Positions 28,813 to 38,652 of a DNA stretch of 64,000 nt are shown here, piece after piece. A model generated the notes under the pieces. The model was not told the DNA's origin, did not search any database, and worked only from the letters and a program-made list of their open reading frames with translations. The position numbers were made by a program, and so were the translations under genes. Within the stretch, counting starts at the first letter, position 1. Every line of letters starts with the position of its first letter. The stretch is from an uncultured Chloroflexia bacterium. Lineage in GTDB: Bacteria > Chloroflexota > Limnocylindria > Limnocylindrales > CSP1-4. The stretch is from positions 1,248,001 to 1,312,000 of the forward strand of contig CAVPPB010000003.1 of assembly GCA_963707215.1 (NCBI GenBank), written 5' to 3'.

Positions 28813-29055
28813 GGCGTCGCCGCGGTGCTGGCGACCGGCTCCGAGAAGGCTGCCGCCCACCAGCTCGGCCTGTCGCAGGGGCCGCGCTTCGTCGGCCTGC
28901 GTCTCACACCGGCCGCCTACCGGCATCGACTGGCGCTCGCGCCACCAGATGCTGTTATGGCGCGCCCGACAGGTGTTGGGCGCGGGATTACAACCTACAC
29001 CATCCCGATCGAGGGTCGGGATGAGTGGCTGGCCGCGGCGAGGCGGCTGGCGTGA
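28813..29055 (+). pseudogene. HTH fragment fused to a recombinase C-terminal remnant containing a tRNA-Arg 3' att core
   Basis: GVAAVLATGSEKAAAHQLGLSQ then LRLTPAAYRHRLALA...MARPTG; TGGCGCGCCCGACAGG at 28958-28973. Confidence 0.65.
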
Positions 29056-29300
29056 GACGCCAGGCTCGGGCGGGTCGATATTCAGGCGGGACTGCCGCGG
29101 ACCACGAGCTCGTCGTGGTCGCCGCTGTCATCGCGGCCGGCTCTGAGAAGGCCGCTGCCCACCGGCTGGGCTTGTCGCACTCGACGGTCAAGCACCACCT
29201 GGCGAACGCGCGGGCCAAGGTGGGGGCGGCGAGGAGGGCGCAGCTGGTGTGGATCCTCGCGGGGCGGCTGCCGGAACCAGAGGGCACAGGACCGGCCGAG
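29052..29300 (+). CDS. Small LuxR-type HTH protein (copy 3; stop codon lost at the cargo junction)
   Basis: SEKAAAHRLGLSHSTVKHHLANARAKVG; GTGA overlap with the tail ORF. Confidence 0.75.
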
Positions 29301-30050
29301 TCACTCGCCTTCCGCAGCGACGCCGATCAGCGCCCCTGGCGGGGCACTCGCCCCGGCTGTAGCGCCTTCGGCCATCCGCAGCCCGCGGACGAGGAGTCCT
29401 GCTCCCATCAGCACGCACCACAGGAGCGTGCCCGGGATTGACGCGATCATCAGCAGCCATGCCTCGTCGGGCAGCACGCCGAGCTCGCCGACCAGCCGCC
29501 CCACGACGTGGATCGCCGGAACGAGCCCGAGCACGCATATGGCGAGCGGGATCAGCCGGGTGCGAATGCCGATCAGGCTGAGGCCCGTCGCCCACAGGGC
29601 AAGCGAGAGCAGGCCCGCCGGCAGCACGCCCTGGACGCCAGCCATCTGGACCACGAGGTACGCAGTCTCACCCCACGCGGCATCGAGGGACGCGATGTGG
29701 AGGAGCGGCCCGACCGCGCCGATGCGCATCACGCCGAATACGAGGAAGCAGAAGGCAGCGAACAGGCCGAAGACGGACGCCGCCCGAACGGGCCACGAGC
29801 TACGCTCCTGGCGCGCGGTCGCCGCCAAGCTCGTGACGGCGATCGTGAGGACGATGGACGTCAGGATGAGCATGGTCCCGGTGCTCGTGAAGACGTCGGG
29901 ATGTGCGCGCACGAAACGCACGCCAAGCGCCGGATCGTCCGTGTCGGCGAACCCGAGGATCGGCTGAGCGAGGTACAGCCCGAACCAGACGATCCCCACG
30001 ACGCCGGCCCCGACAGCTGCGAGCCCGGCCACGATGGTCGTTCCCCTCAT
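29301..30050 (-). CDS. Membrane protein (possibly DUF4386-like)
   Basis: About 6 TM segments, GGAGG RBS. Confidence 0.7.
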   Translation of the reverse strand: MRGTTIVAGLAAVGAGVVGIVWFGLYLAQPILGFADTDDPALGVRFVRAHPDVFTSTGTMLILTSIVLTIAVTSLAATARQERSSWPVRAASVFGLFAAFCFLVFGVMRIGAVGPLLHIASLDAAWGETAYLVVQMAGVQGVLPAGLLSLALWATGLSLIGIRTRLIPLAICVLGLVPAIHVVGRLVGELGVLPDEAWLLMIASIPGTLLWCVLMGAGLLVRGLRMAEGATAGASAPPGALIGVAAEGE

Positions 30051-30165
30051 GCCCCTCCCCCTACGAACAGAGCCTGGTGCCATCCGGCCTCACACCGCGG
30101 CCTCGTGGTCGCGTTGCCGAAGTATCCCCGAGCGGTCAACGGCCACTCGGACCGGTGGCTCCTGG

Positions 30166-31158
30166 CTACTCCCTCGGCAGGGTCCGGTAGAAGATGAGTT
30201 CCTCGTCCTCGCCGCCGCGCGAGCCCTCCGTGAACAGGTAGAGCGTCACGAGGATCGCGTCCTGGCCGTCGATCTGGACCTCGCTGATCGACGCGTTGCT
30301 GAACGCCTCACTCCCAGCGTGCGTCTGGAATCGGATCTCGTCGGCGACCCGGGTCTCGTCGTCGTAGAGGAACGTCCGCCACGAGCTCCAGTCGCCCGGC
30401 ACTCGCTCACCCTCGAGCAGCATCAGCTCATGCCCGCGGAAGGTGATCGTGTCGCGGTCGCCGATGTGGCCGTCGATGCCACGATCGATCAGCGCCTGAT
30501 CGCGGTCCGGCCGGGCGACTGCCTGCCACGTCGTCCAGTCGGTCCATCCCGACGCCTGGCGGTCGCGCTCGCAGTCTCCGTGGTAGTGGAAGCTGAGCTC
30601 GACGCGCTCCCAATTCGCCGCGTCGATGGACGGCGTCCCCTCGCCACAGGCCGGCATCGTGACCGGCACGTCGAACCTGCGGGCGATCGTCCCCGCTCGG
30701 AGGTCGTCCCACGAGTCGAAGGACGCGACGACAATGTGGATCGGGTCGGGCTCCTGTTCCCAGGCGACCACGTAGCCGCCGTCGGACATCGCCGCGATCG
30801 ACGGCTGCGACGCGAGACCGGCGAGCTCGACCTCCCAGGTCCAGTCGAGGAGGTTGGTCGACGTGGCGAGGTGAGTGTGGAAGGCCTGATCCGCATCGTC
30901 CCAGGCGAAGTAGACGGCAGCGAAGCGGCCAGCCTCAGGGACCCAGATGACGTCCATCGGGCCCATGTGACGCCCTCGGTCGTCCTTGAGCTTGTACCGG
31001 TAGGCCGTTGCCTGGGTGACGTCAGTGATGAGTCCGAGCAGCTCCGTCCGGGCCGCCCCGATCGACACCGGCGAGGCGGCTGGCGCGCCACAGGCGGCAA
31101 CGACAACCACCGCTCCGAGGACGCCGGCCATCCACCCACGGCTGAGCATGCCGGCCAT
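30166..31158 (-). CDS. Lipoprotein of unknown function
   Basis: VAAC lipobox; Trp/Asp-rich body; real start may be ATG 31149. Confidence 0.75.
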   Translation of the reverse strand: MAGMLSRGWMAGVLGAVVVVAACGAPAASPVSIGAARTELLGLITDVTQATAYRYKLKDDRGRHMGPMDVIWVPEAGRFAAVYFAWDDADQAFHTHLATSTNLLDWTWEVELAGLASQPSIAAMSDGGYVVAWEQEPDPIHIVVASFDSWDDLRAGTIARRFDVPVTMPACGEGTPSIDAANWERVELSFHYHGDCERDRQASGWTDWTTWQAVARPDRDQALIDRGIDGHIGDRDTITFRGHELMLLEGERVPGDWSSWRTFLYDDETRVADEIRFQTHAGSEAFSNASISEVQIDGQDAILVTLYLFTEGSRGGEDEELIFYRTLPRE

Positions 31159-31199
31159 CCTATGCTGGCGCTACGGGCGACGCCCTGGAGTCCCAAGGC

Positions 31200-31351
31200 C
31201 GTACACGTGGCCCGCGGCGAATGTCGTGACCGTGACGCAACACTTGGCGGACGTCCGCTCGAAGGTCCGGCGCCACGACGACGGCGCAGCTGGTGTGGAT
31301 CCTGGCCGCGCGGGTGGCTGGAATCCGAGCGCAACGCGGACAGACGAGTAG
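31200..31351 (+). pseudogene. Degenerate HTH copy
   Basis: TVTQHLADVRSKV, frameshift, TTTAQLVWILA; ends GAGTAGCGGCGA like copy 1. Confidence 0.7.
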
Positions 31352-31384
31352 CGGCGAGCCGCCGCCCCGGGCGGCCGGTACAGG

Positions 31385-31683
31385 TCAACTCGTGACGGTC
31401 GAGGAGCGGAGGAACCAGCGTCCGGCGATTGCATAGGCCGCGGCGACGACGAAGATCAGCAGCCCTCCCCCGGCATTGAACAGCGCGATGGACCCGAACA
31501 GCGCCAGGGGCAGGAGCGCGGCTCGCCGAGCCGGGCTTGGCCAGATGGCGATCGCGAGCGGAATGAGGGAGAGCCAGGCGACCAGGGACCCGACGATGTA
31601 CGGTACGCCACCCCACGACTGCCCGAGCGCGTCCTCCGCCAAATTCGCAACTCCGGCGACGACCGCGGCGATCGCGACGGGCC
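31385..31683 (-). pseudogene. Membrane protein C-terminal fragment
   Basis: Hydrophobic reading frame ([15 protein letters not shown]...) with no start before the element flank. Confidence 0.5.
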
Positions 31684-31713
31684 GGCGTCGTCCGCGTGAA
31701 AGAAGGTCGAGTC

Positions 31714-31790
<77 letters not shown>

Positions 31791-31925
31791 ACCGAGGGCT
31801 CTCGTCGCGAGAGCGGGTCGGATGATAGCACCGGAGGCCCGACCCGGCCATCCTGGCCGCCTCTGAGCCTTCCTGGCCGCCTCCCGACCTGGCCATCCCG
31901 GCGGCTTCCGGATCGGAACGGTGCC

Positions 31926-34171
31926 CTAGGCCGATGCTGGCACCCTCCGCTGCGGCATCGTCGCCCGCCGCCGCCCCGGCTGCCGATTCGCGCGTCATCC
32001 GCCGGAGCCGGCGCGTCCGCGGCGCCGGCGATCGCTCCCGGCGCCGGCGGCTGCCCGAGGACCACGAGCACCGTCCGCCAGGTCGCCGCCACGACGCCCA
32101 GGAACGGGACGACCAGGAACATCCCGATGATCCCGCCGAGCGCCCCGCCGGCCGGGATCGAGAGAAGGACGATGGCTGGGTGGATGTTGACCGCCCGGCT
32201 GAAGACGAGCGGCTGGACGACGTTGCCCTGGACGACGTTGAAGATGGCCGTGAAGGCGAACATCACGATGATGGCCACGGGGTCGCCGGTCGTCACCGCG
32301 AGCAGGAAGGCGGCACCGGTCGTGATCAGGCTCCCGATGTACGGGATGTAGCCGCCGAAGAAGGAGAGGACGAAGATCGGCAGGGCCAGGGGCACGCCCA
32401 GGATGACCATGAGCGCCCACTGAGTCGCCGCTCCGAAGAGCGACACGGCCCCGGTGCCGAGCATGTAGCCGCCCAGCACCGACACGGCCTGGCCGCCGGC
32501 GGCATCGAGCTCGCGGCGCCGCCAGGGGGCCGTCCGTGACGTGATCCGGTCCCAGGCATCGCGCCCGTCCCTGAGGAAGAAGTAGGTCAGGATGATCCCG
32601 ACGAGGAACACGAGGGCGACCGCGGCGGCGCTCAGCGTGACGCTCAGGACGGCCGTGGCGATCGAGTTGCCGATCGTGGCGACGAGATCCTCGAGCGACC
32701 CGCCGAGGCCCTCCAGGAAGTCGTTGATGGCCCCGGCGCCGTCCCCCAGACCGGCCACCAGGTCGCCGACGTTGGAGATCAGGAAGACGACCGACAGTAC
32801 CGTGAGGAGCCCGATGATCCCGGTCACCCCGGCCGTGACCACGGCCGCGGCGAGCCCCAGGCCCCAGCCACGCTTGGTCAGCCAGCCGACGATCGGCGCG
32901 AAGGTGGCAGCCAGGACGGCGGCGATGATGAGGGGCAGGGCCAGGATCGGGATCTGCAGGACGGCCGTCAGGGCCGCGGCGACGAGCGCGATACCGATGA
33001 GCAGACGCCAGCTCCACTGGGCGAGCATGTCGAGCCAGGGCGGGACGACCTCGCTGGCCGCGGCGCCGTCAGGGCCGTCCGGTCGGACGATGTCGATGGC
33101 CGAGGTCCCGATCGCCAGCAGGGCGACGGCGACCGGCACGGCCAGGATCACCCCGAGCAACCCGCCGAGCGAGGCTCCGATCGGCAGGGCGATGAGGACG
33201 ATGGCCGGGTTGATCCGGGCACTGACCCGCTCGAGGCGCGGTGCGACGAGACGTTCCGTGACCAGGTTCAGGACCACGATCAGGATCAGCAGCACGAACG
33301 TCCAGGTGGGGCCCACGGAGGCGAACGCCACGAGCAGCACCGCCGCCGTCGCCACGATCGCCCCGATGTAGGGGATGAAGCCGCCGGCGAAGACCAGCAC
33401 GGACAGCGGGAACGCCACGGCGACCCCGAGGACCACGAGCAGCGCGAGGGTGATCAGGGCCTCGAGGGCCGCCATGATGGCCGTCCGCCGGAGGTAGCCG
33501 CCGACCCGCTGGATGCCGAGCCCAGCGCTCTGCGCCGCCGCCTCGCGATGGTGATCACTCATGCCCTGGGTGATCCAGCGCCAGCCCCGGCCGAAGTCCT
33601 GGAGCACGTAGAAGGTCGTGAACGCGGCGAAGAGCAGGACGGTCGCCACGCTCGCGACGTTGCCGACGATCGCAGCGACGTTGCCGGCGAACCACTCCAG
33701 GCTTCCGTCAAGCATGTCGGCGATCGAGTCGGCGATCGCGGGCGGCACCAGGTCGCCGGCCTCGCCGTCGCGCAGAGCATCGACGCCATCCCTGATGGCG
33801 CGGACGAGGTCCGGCCCGTACACCACCAGGACGTAGACCGCGACCCCGAGGATCGCCACGACGATGCCGACCACCAGCAGCGTGCCGACCGCCGCTGCTC
33901 GCCCGCTGCCCCAGCCTCGCGCCCGGAGGCTCGTCACGAGCGGCGCGACCGCTACCGAGGCAAGGAAGGCGACGAGGATGGACGCGGTCACGGTCGAGAT
34001 CGAGACCGCGATCGCCAGCAGGACCAGGGCGAAGGCGACGATCACGAGGACCCGCCAGCCGAGACCGCCCAGGCGGACCAGCCAGAACGGGATCTCCGCT
34101 CCGGCGGACGTCGCGACCGCGTTCGGATCTCTCCTCTCGGATCCGGCCGCGGGCCTGGAGCTGTCGACCAT
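31926..34171 (-). CDS. AI-2E family transporter (two tandem domains); 3' end uncertain
   Basis: Duplicated FIPYIG/YIPYIG and INPAIVL/IHPAIVL motifs; the computed frame runs through the tRNA, so an indel near 31950-31990 is likely. Confidence 0.85.
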
Positions 34172-34285
34172 CGTCACCCTCCCTGTCCGGTCCGGCTCAC
34201 GCGCGGGATCCGGGACCCCGCAATGGTACGGGGCGGGACCGTGGCCGTGGGCACCCGCTCGCCGGCCGGTCGAGACGTCGGCCGG

Positions 34286-35557
34286 TCAGTCCTCGGGCAG
34301 CGGCGGATGCTCACCGGCGAGGCCGTCGCGATGCCGATGGGCATCGGGCGAGATCGGCAGGATCGCGACGGCCGCGAGCAGGTAGCTGACGGCCATGATG
34401 CCGAAGGCGATCGGGAAGCCGATCTCGTTGCCGAGCGCCCCCACGATGATCCCCAGGACCGCCGACCACAGCGCGCCGACGACGAACATCAGGGTGAAGT
34501 AGGCCCCGAAGGCGACGTCGCGGATGCCGGGGCGAGCGACGTCGGCGAGGAGCGCCTGGAGCAGGGCGCTCTCCTCGTAGACGAAGGCTGACATGAAGCC
34601 GATCGCCAGCCAGACGAGCGGGATCGTCGAGCCCGCGGCGACCAGCATGACGAGCCCGACCGCGCCCAGGAGGTAGGAGCCGACGAGCACCCATCGATGC
34701 CCGAAGCGCCCGGCGAGCCAGCCGGCCACGATCGGCCCCGGCACGCTCCCGGCCAGCAGCAACGTGTACATGACCGCGATCGTGGCGGCATCGAGGCCGA
34801 GCACCAGGGCCAGGTACAGGGGCACGAACGTCGTCACGATGCCGAGCCCGCGACCGGCCGAGGCGACCGTCGAGGCGATGAACACCCAGCGCAGATCGTG
34901 CTCGTGGCGGATGGCCCGGATGATCCGCCAGGTCGATCCCTCGGCGAGGGCCGCTGTCCGATCGGTGCCGGCCTCGCGGACCAGCAGGACGATCGCCAGC
35001 CCGACGGCGACCGCCGGGACACCCAGGACCAGCATCGAGGACTGCCAGCCGGCCGTCGCGATGAGCCAGCCGCCGATGAGCGGGACGGCCACGGTCCCCA
35101 GGTTGCCCATGGCGATATGGGTGCTGATGGCCATCGCCCGCCGGACCGGCGGGAACTGCTCGGCAAGGACCGCGTGGCCGACCGTGTGCTGGGGAGCGCC
35201 GCCGAGGCGCGCGACGATCGTGGCGGCCGAGAAGGCGGTCCACGACGTGGCCGCCGCCGTGAGGAGGGTGCCCACGCCGAAGACCAGCCCGGCGGCACCC
35301 AGGATCCGTGGCCTGGGGACGTACCTGGCCAGCGGGCCGAACCCGAGCTGCACCGCCCCGCTGAGCAGGTTCGCGACACCCAGCAGAATCCCAACCGAGG
35401 CGACCCCGACGCCGTACGCGGCAACGACCTCGACGAGGACGAGCGGCAACAGGGCCGACTGGGCGTGGATCAGGCCATGCTGGATGGAGAGCAGACCCAG
35501 GGTCAGCCGAGGCCGGACTCCCGGGACCGGCCGCCCCGGGGCCATCAGGCTGGTCAT
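34286..35557 (-). CDS. MFS transporter
   Basis: About 12 TM segments; GWLAGRFGHR motif. Confidence 0.9.
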   Translation of the reverse strand: MTSLMAPGRPVPGVRPRLTLGLLSIQHGLIHAQSALLPLVLVEVVAAYGVGVASVGILLGVANLLSGAVQLGFGPLARYVPRPRILGAAGLVFGVGTLLTAAATSWTAFSAATIVARLGGAPQHTVGHAVLAEQFPPVRRAMAISTHIAMGNLGTVAVPLIGGWLIATAGWQSSMLVLGVPAVAVGLAIVLLVREAGTDRTAALAEGSTWRIIRAIRHEHDLRWVFIASTVASAGRGLGIVTTFVPLYLALVLGLDAATIAVMYTLLLAGSVPGPIVAGWLAGRFGHRWVLVGSYLLGAVGLVMLVAAGSTIPLVWLAIGFMSAFVYEESALLQALLADVARPGIRDVAFGAYFTLMFVVGALWSAVLGIIVGALGNEIGFPIAFGIMAVSYLLAAVAILPISPDAHRHRDGLAGEHPPLPED

Positions 35558-35669
35558 CGTCGGTCATGGTAGCCAGCCACGTGTACCCGGCGAGCGAACG
35601 CGGCGCGCGAGGATCGACCGACCGTGCCACCATGTCCTCGGCCCATCCGTCCCGGGCCGGGAGGACATC

Positions 35670-36995
35670 GTGAGCGAGACACCGACCAGCCCGCCGCCCG
35701 TGACGTTCGCGGAGGCACCGCCGTCGGCGCCACCCGGACCTCCTGCCCAGCCTGACCCGTCCCCGGCCCAGCCACCGAGCGACTGGCGCAAGGCTCGCCG
35801 CTGGCTCACCTGGGTCGCGCTGATCCTCACCTGCGTGACCGCGGTGTCGGCGACGGCCGCGGTCTGGACGCACCGGACCCTGCTCGACACCGACACCTTC
35901 ATCGACAACGTCGCCGAGCCGATCGCTGACGACCCGGCCGTCGCCAACGCCCTCAGCATCGGGCTGACCGACCGCATCTTCGACGCGCTCGACATCCAGG
36001 GTCGGCTGGAGGCGGTCCTCCCCGACCCCATCGACTTCGTGGCCGGCTCGATCGAGGTCTCGCTGCGGGCCCGGGTCCAGGAGCGCCTGGAGGTCGCCCT
36101 CCGCAGCGACCAGGCCAAGGCGGCCTGGCTGGCTGCGAACCGCTTCGCCCACGAACGGATCCTGGCCATCATCCGGGGCGAGTCCGAGGTCGTGATCTCG
36201 GAGGACGGCGTCGTCTACGTCGACCTGCGTGGGCTCGTCGAAGTGGCCCTGCGGACCCTCCAGGACGCCGGCGTCATCGACGCCTCGGTCGTCATTCCCG
36301 ACTTCACCGAGTTCGAGACGCCGGAGCGCATCCAGGCCTGGCTCGAGCAGAACCTGGGGCTCGCGCCCGACACCGACATCCTCCTGGTGCCCGTCGCCCA
36401 GACCGAGGCGATCGAGACGGCCCGGGTCCTCCTGCGGGTCTTCGACGTCGTCGTCGTCGTGCTGATCATCGCGGCCGTGCTCCTGGGGATCCTGACCATC
36501 GCGATCGCCCTCGCCCGACGCCGAGCCGCGGTCCAGCTGGCCATCGGCCTGGCCATCTCGTTCGCGGTCTCGTACCTCGTGATCGAGGCGGTCCAGGGTT
36601 GGCTCATCGACCAGCTCGCGGCAGGCACCCTGGCGAGCGTCGGGCAAGCCACGATCGAGGCGACCCTCACCGATCTCTCGCGCTGGACCGAGGTCCTGGT
36701 CGGCTTCTCGGTCGTGCTCGCCGTTGTCGCCTACTTCCTGAGCGGCCCGGGCTGGCTGCGCCGCCTGCCGGGCACCCGGGCCGGTGCCTGGATCGTCGGC
36801 AATCCCGGTCCGATGCGGCTCGGCGGCATCGTCGTCCCGCTCCTCCTGCTCTTCGTCCTGCCGAAGGGCCCGGTCATCGTCGTCGCCATCGTCGCGCTCG
36901 CGATCACCTACCAGGTGGTCTACGTCTTCGTGCGACGGGACGCCAGGGAGATGGGCGTGCTGACCGACGAGGGGGAAGCCACGGCGGCCGCCTAG
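35670..36995 (+). CDS. Integral membrane protein of unknown function
   Basis: GGAGG RBS plus GTG; W..RTLLDTDTF...NRFAHE; several TM segments. Confidence 0.8.
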   Translation: MSETPTSPPPVTFAEAPPSAPPGPPAQPDPSPAQPPSDWRKARRWLTWVALILTCVTAVSATAAVWTHRTLLDTDTFIDNVAEPIADDPAVANALSIGLTDRIFDALDIQGRLEAVLPDPIDFVAGSIEVSLRARVQERLEVALRSDQAKAAWLAANRFAHERILAIIRGESEVVISEDGVVYVDLRGLVEVALRTLQDAGVIDASVVIPDFTEFETPERIQAWLEQNLGLAPDTDILLVPVAQTEAIETARVLLRVFDVVVVVLIIAAVLLGILTIAIALARRRAAVQLAIGLAISFAVSYLVIEAVQGWLIDQLAAGTLASVGQATIEATLTDLSRWTEVLVGFSVVLAVVAYFLSGPGWLRRLPGTRAGAWIVGNPGPMRLGGIVVPLLLLFVLPKGPVIVVAIVALAITYQVVYVFVRRDAREMGVLTDEGEATAAA

Positions 36996-37131
36996 GACCC
37001 GCCGGATCGGGAGGCGCCGTCGCTCCCGCCGGCCGGAACGCAGGACGGACGGAACGGCCGGGCCCCGGTTCGGGGCACCGGCCGCTCATGGTCTCTCGGA
37101 CGGCGCGGCCAGCGGACCGCGGCCCGGTCGT

Positions 37132-38490
37132 TCAGAACGCCTCGAGGTAACGGTCGAGCTCCCACTTGGTGACCTGGGTCTTGTACTCGTCCCACTCGGC
37201 GCGCTTGGCGTCGAGGTAGTGCGAGAGGACGTGGTCGCCAAGGGCCTCGCAGATGACCGGGTCGGCCTCGAGCTCGTCGATCGCCTCGCCCAGCGTCCCA
37301 GGCAGCTCGCGGATGCCCTTCTCGGCGATCCGGATCGCGTCCATCTCGAAGAGGCTCTCCTCGACGGGCTCGCCGAGGGTCATCCCCTTCTCCACCCCGT
37401 CGAGTCCGGCGGCGATCATCGCCGCGAAGGCGAGGTAAGTGTTCGATGAGGGGTCCGGGCAGCGGACCTCCAGGCGGGTGCCCTCGATCGACTTGCCGGG
37501 GGAGACCTTGGGAACCCGGATGAGGGCGGACCGGTTGGTCCGGCCCCAGGTGAGGTACGTCGGCGCCTCGTAGCCGGGAACCAGCCGCTTGTAGCTGTTC
37601 ACCAGCGGTGCCAGGACGGCGATCATCCCCCGGGCGTGGGCCAGGACCCCGGCCGCGTACGAGCGGGCGACGTCGGACAGCCCGTACTGGTTGGCCGGAT
37701 CGGCGAAGGCGTTCCGCTTCTCGGCGATGGAGAAGAGGCTCTGGTGGGTGTGCATGCCGGAGCCGTTGATCCCGTGGATCGGCTTCGGCATGAACGTCGC
37801 GTAGAGGCCGTGGAGCTGGGCGACCGCCTTGAGCGTGAACTTGAAGGTCAGGGCGTTGTCGGCCGTGCGGATGGCATCCGAGTACTCGAAGTCGATCTCG
37901 TGCTGCCCTTCGGCGACCTCGTGGTGGGCGGCCTCGACGTTGATCCCGAAGGCCCCGAGGGCGTCGACCATGTCCTGGCGGACCTCCTGGGCGAGGTCCG
38001 TGGTGAAGTCGAAGTAGCCGGCCAGGTCGTGCGGAAGGGGCGCCACCCGACCGTTCTCGTCGCGCCGGAACAGGAAGAACTCGAGCTCCGGGCCCATGTT
38101 GACGATGTAGCCCAGGTCGCGGGCCCGGTCCACCTGACGGCGGAGGATGTAGCGCGGGTCGCCGACGAACGGCTCGCCCTTGGGCGTGTAGACGTCACAG
38201 ATCACGCGGGCGGTCCCTCGTGGTCCGCTGCCCTTCTGCCAGGGGATCTCGCCGAAGGTCGCCATGTCCGGGACCAGGTACTGGTCGGACTCGGCGATCC
38301 GGGTGAAGCCCTCGATCGACGAGCCGTCGAACCAGGTGCCGTGAGCGACCGAGCTCTCGAGCTGGTGGATCGGGATCGTGACGGCCTTGACGGAGCCGAT
38401 GATGTCGGTGAACTGGAGCTGGACGAAGCGGATACCGTTCCCCTTCGCCTGATCGATCGTCTTCTTCGCGTCCGAAGGGATGTCGGCCAA
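37132..38490 (-). CDS. glnA: Glutamine synthetase type I
   Basis: FDGSSIEG, GPELEFF, HHEVAEGQHEI, FMPKP, NGSGMH, NSYKRLVPGYEAP, NRSALIR; TTG start. Confidence 0.93.
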   Translation of the reverse strand: MADIPSDAKKTIDQAKGNGIRFVQLQFTDIIGSVKAVTIPIHQLESSVAHGTWFDGSSIEGFTRIAESDQYLVPDMATFGEIPWQKGSGPRGTARVICDVYTPKGEPFVGDPRYILRRQVDRARDLGYIVNMGPELEFFLFRRDENGRVAPLPHDLAGYFDFTTDLAQEVRQDMVDALGAFGINVEAAHHEVAEGQHEIDFEYSDAIRTADNALTFKFTLKAVAQLHGLYATFMPKPIHGINGSGMHTHQSLFSIAEKRNAFADPANQYGLSDVARSYAAGVLAHARGMIAVLAPLVNSYKRLVPGYEAPTYLTWGRTNRSALIRVPKVSPGKSIEGTRLEVRCPDPSSNTYLAFAAMIAAGLDGVEKGMTLGEPVEESLFEMDAIRIAEKGIRELPGTLGEAIDELEADPVICEALGDHVLSHYLDAKRAEWDEYKTQVTKWELDRYLEAF

Positions 38491-38539
38491 TGTCGTGTCC
38501 TCGTGCGATCCGGGGGCTGCCCGGTGGCACGGTCGATGC

Positions 38540-38652
38540 TTGTGCCGTGTGCACTAGCAAACCGCGGAGCAGCCGGTCCGGGGCGAGGATAGCAGGGGCT
38601 CCGCCGTCGTCACTCGGGCCGTACCCCCGATCCTATAGTGCGCTTTGCACGA
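38540..38652. promoter_or_regulatory. Paired GTGC-N5-GCAC sites (putative PucR/CdaR operators)
   Basis: TTGTGC-CGTGT-GCACTA at 38540-38556 and TAGTGC-GCTTT-GCACGA at 38636-38652, flanking TGcTATCCT on the minus strand. Confidence 0.5.
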
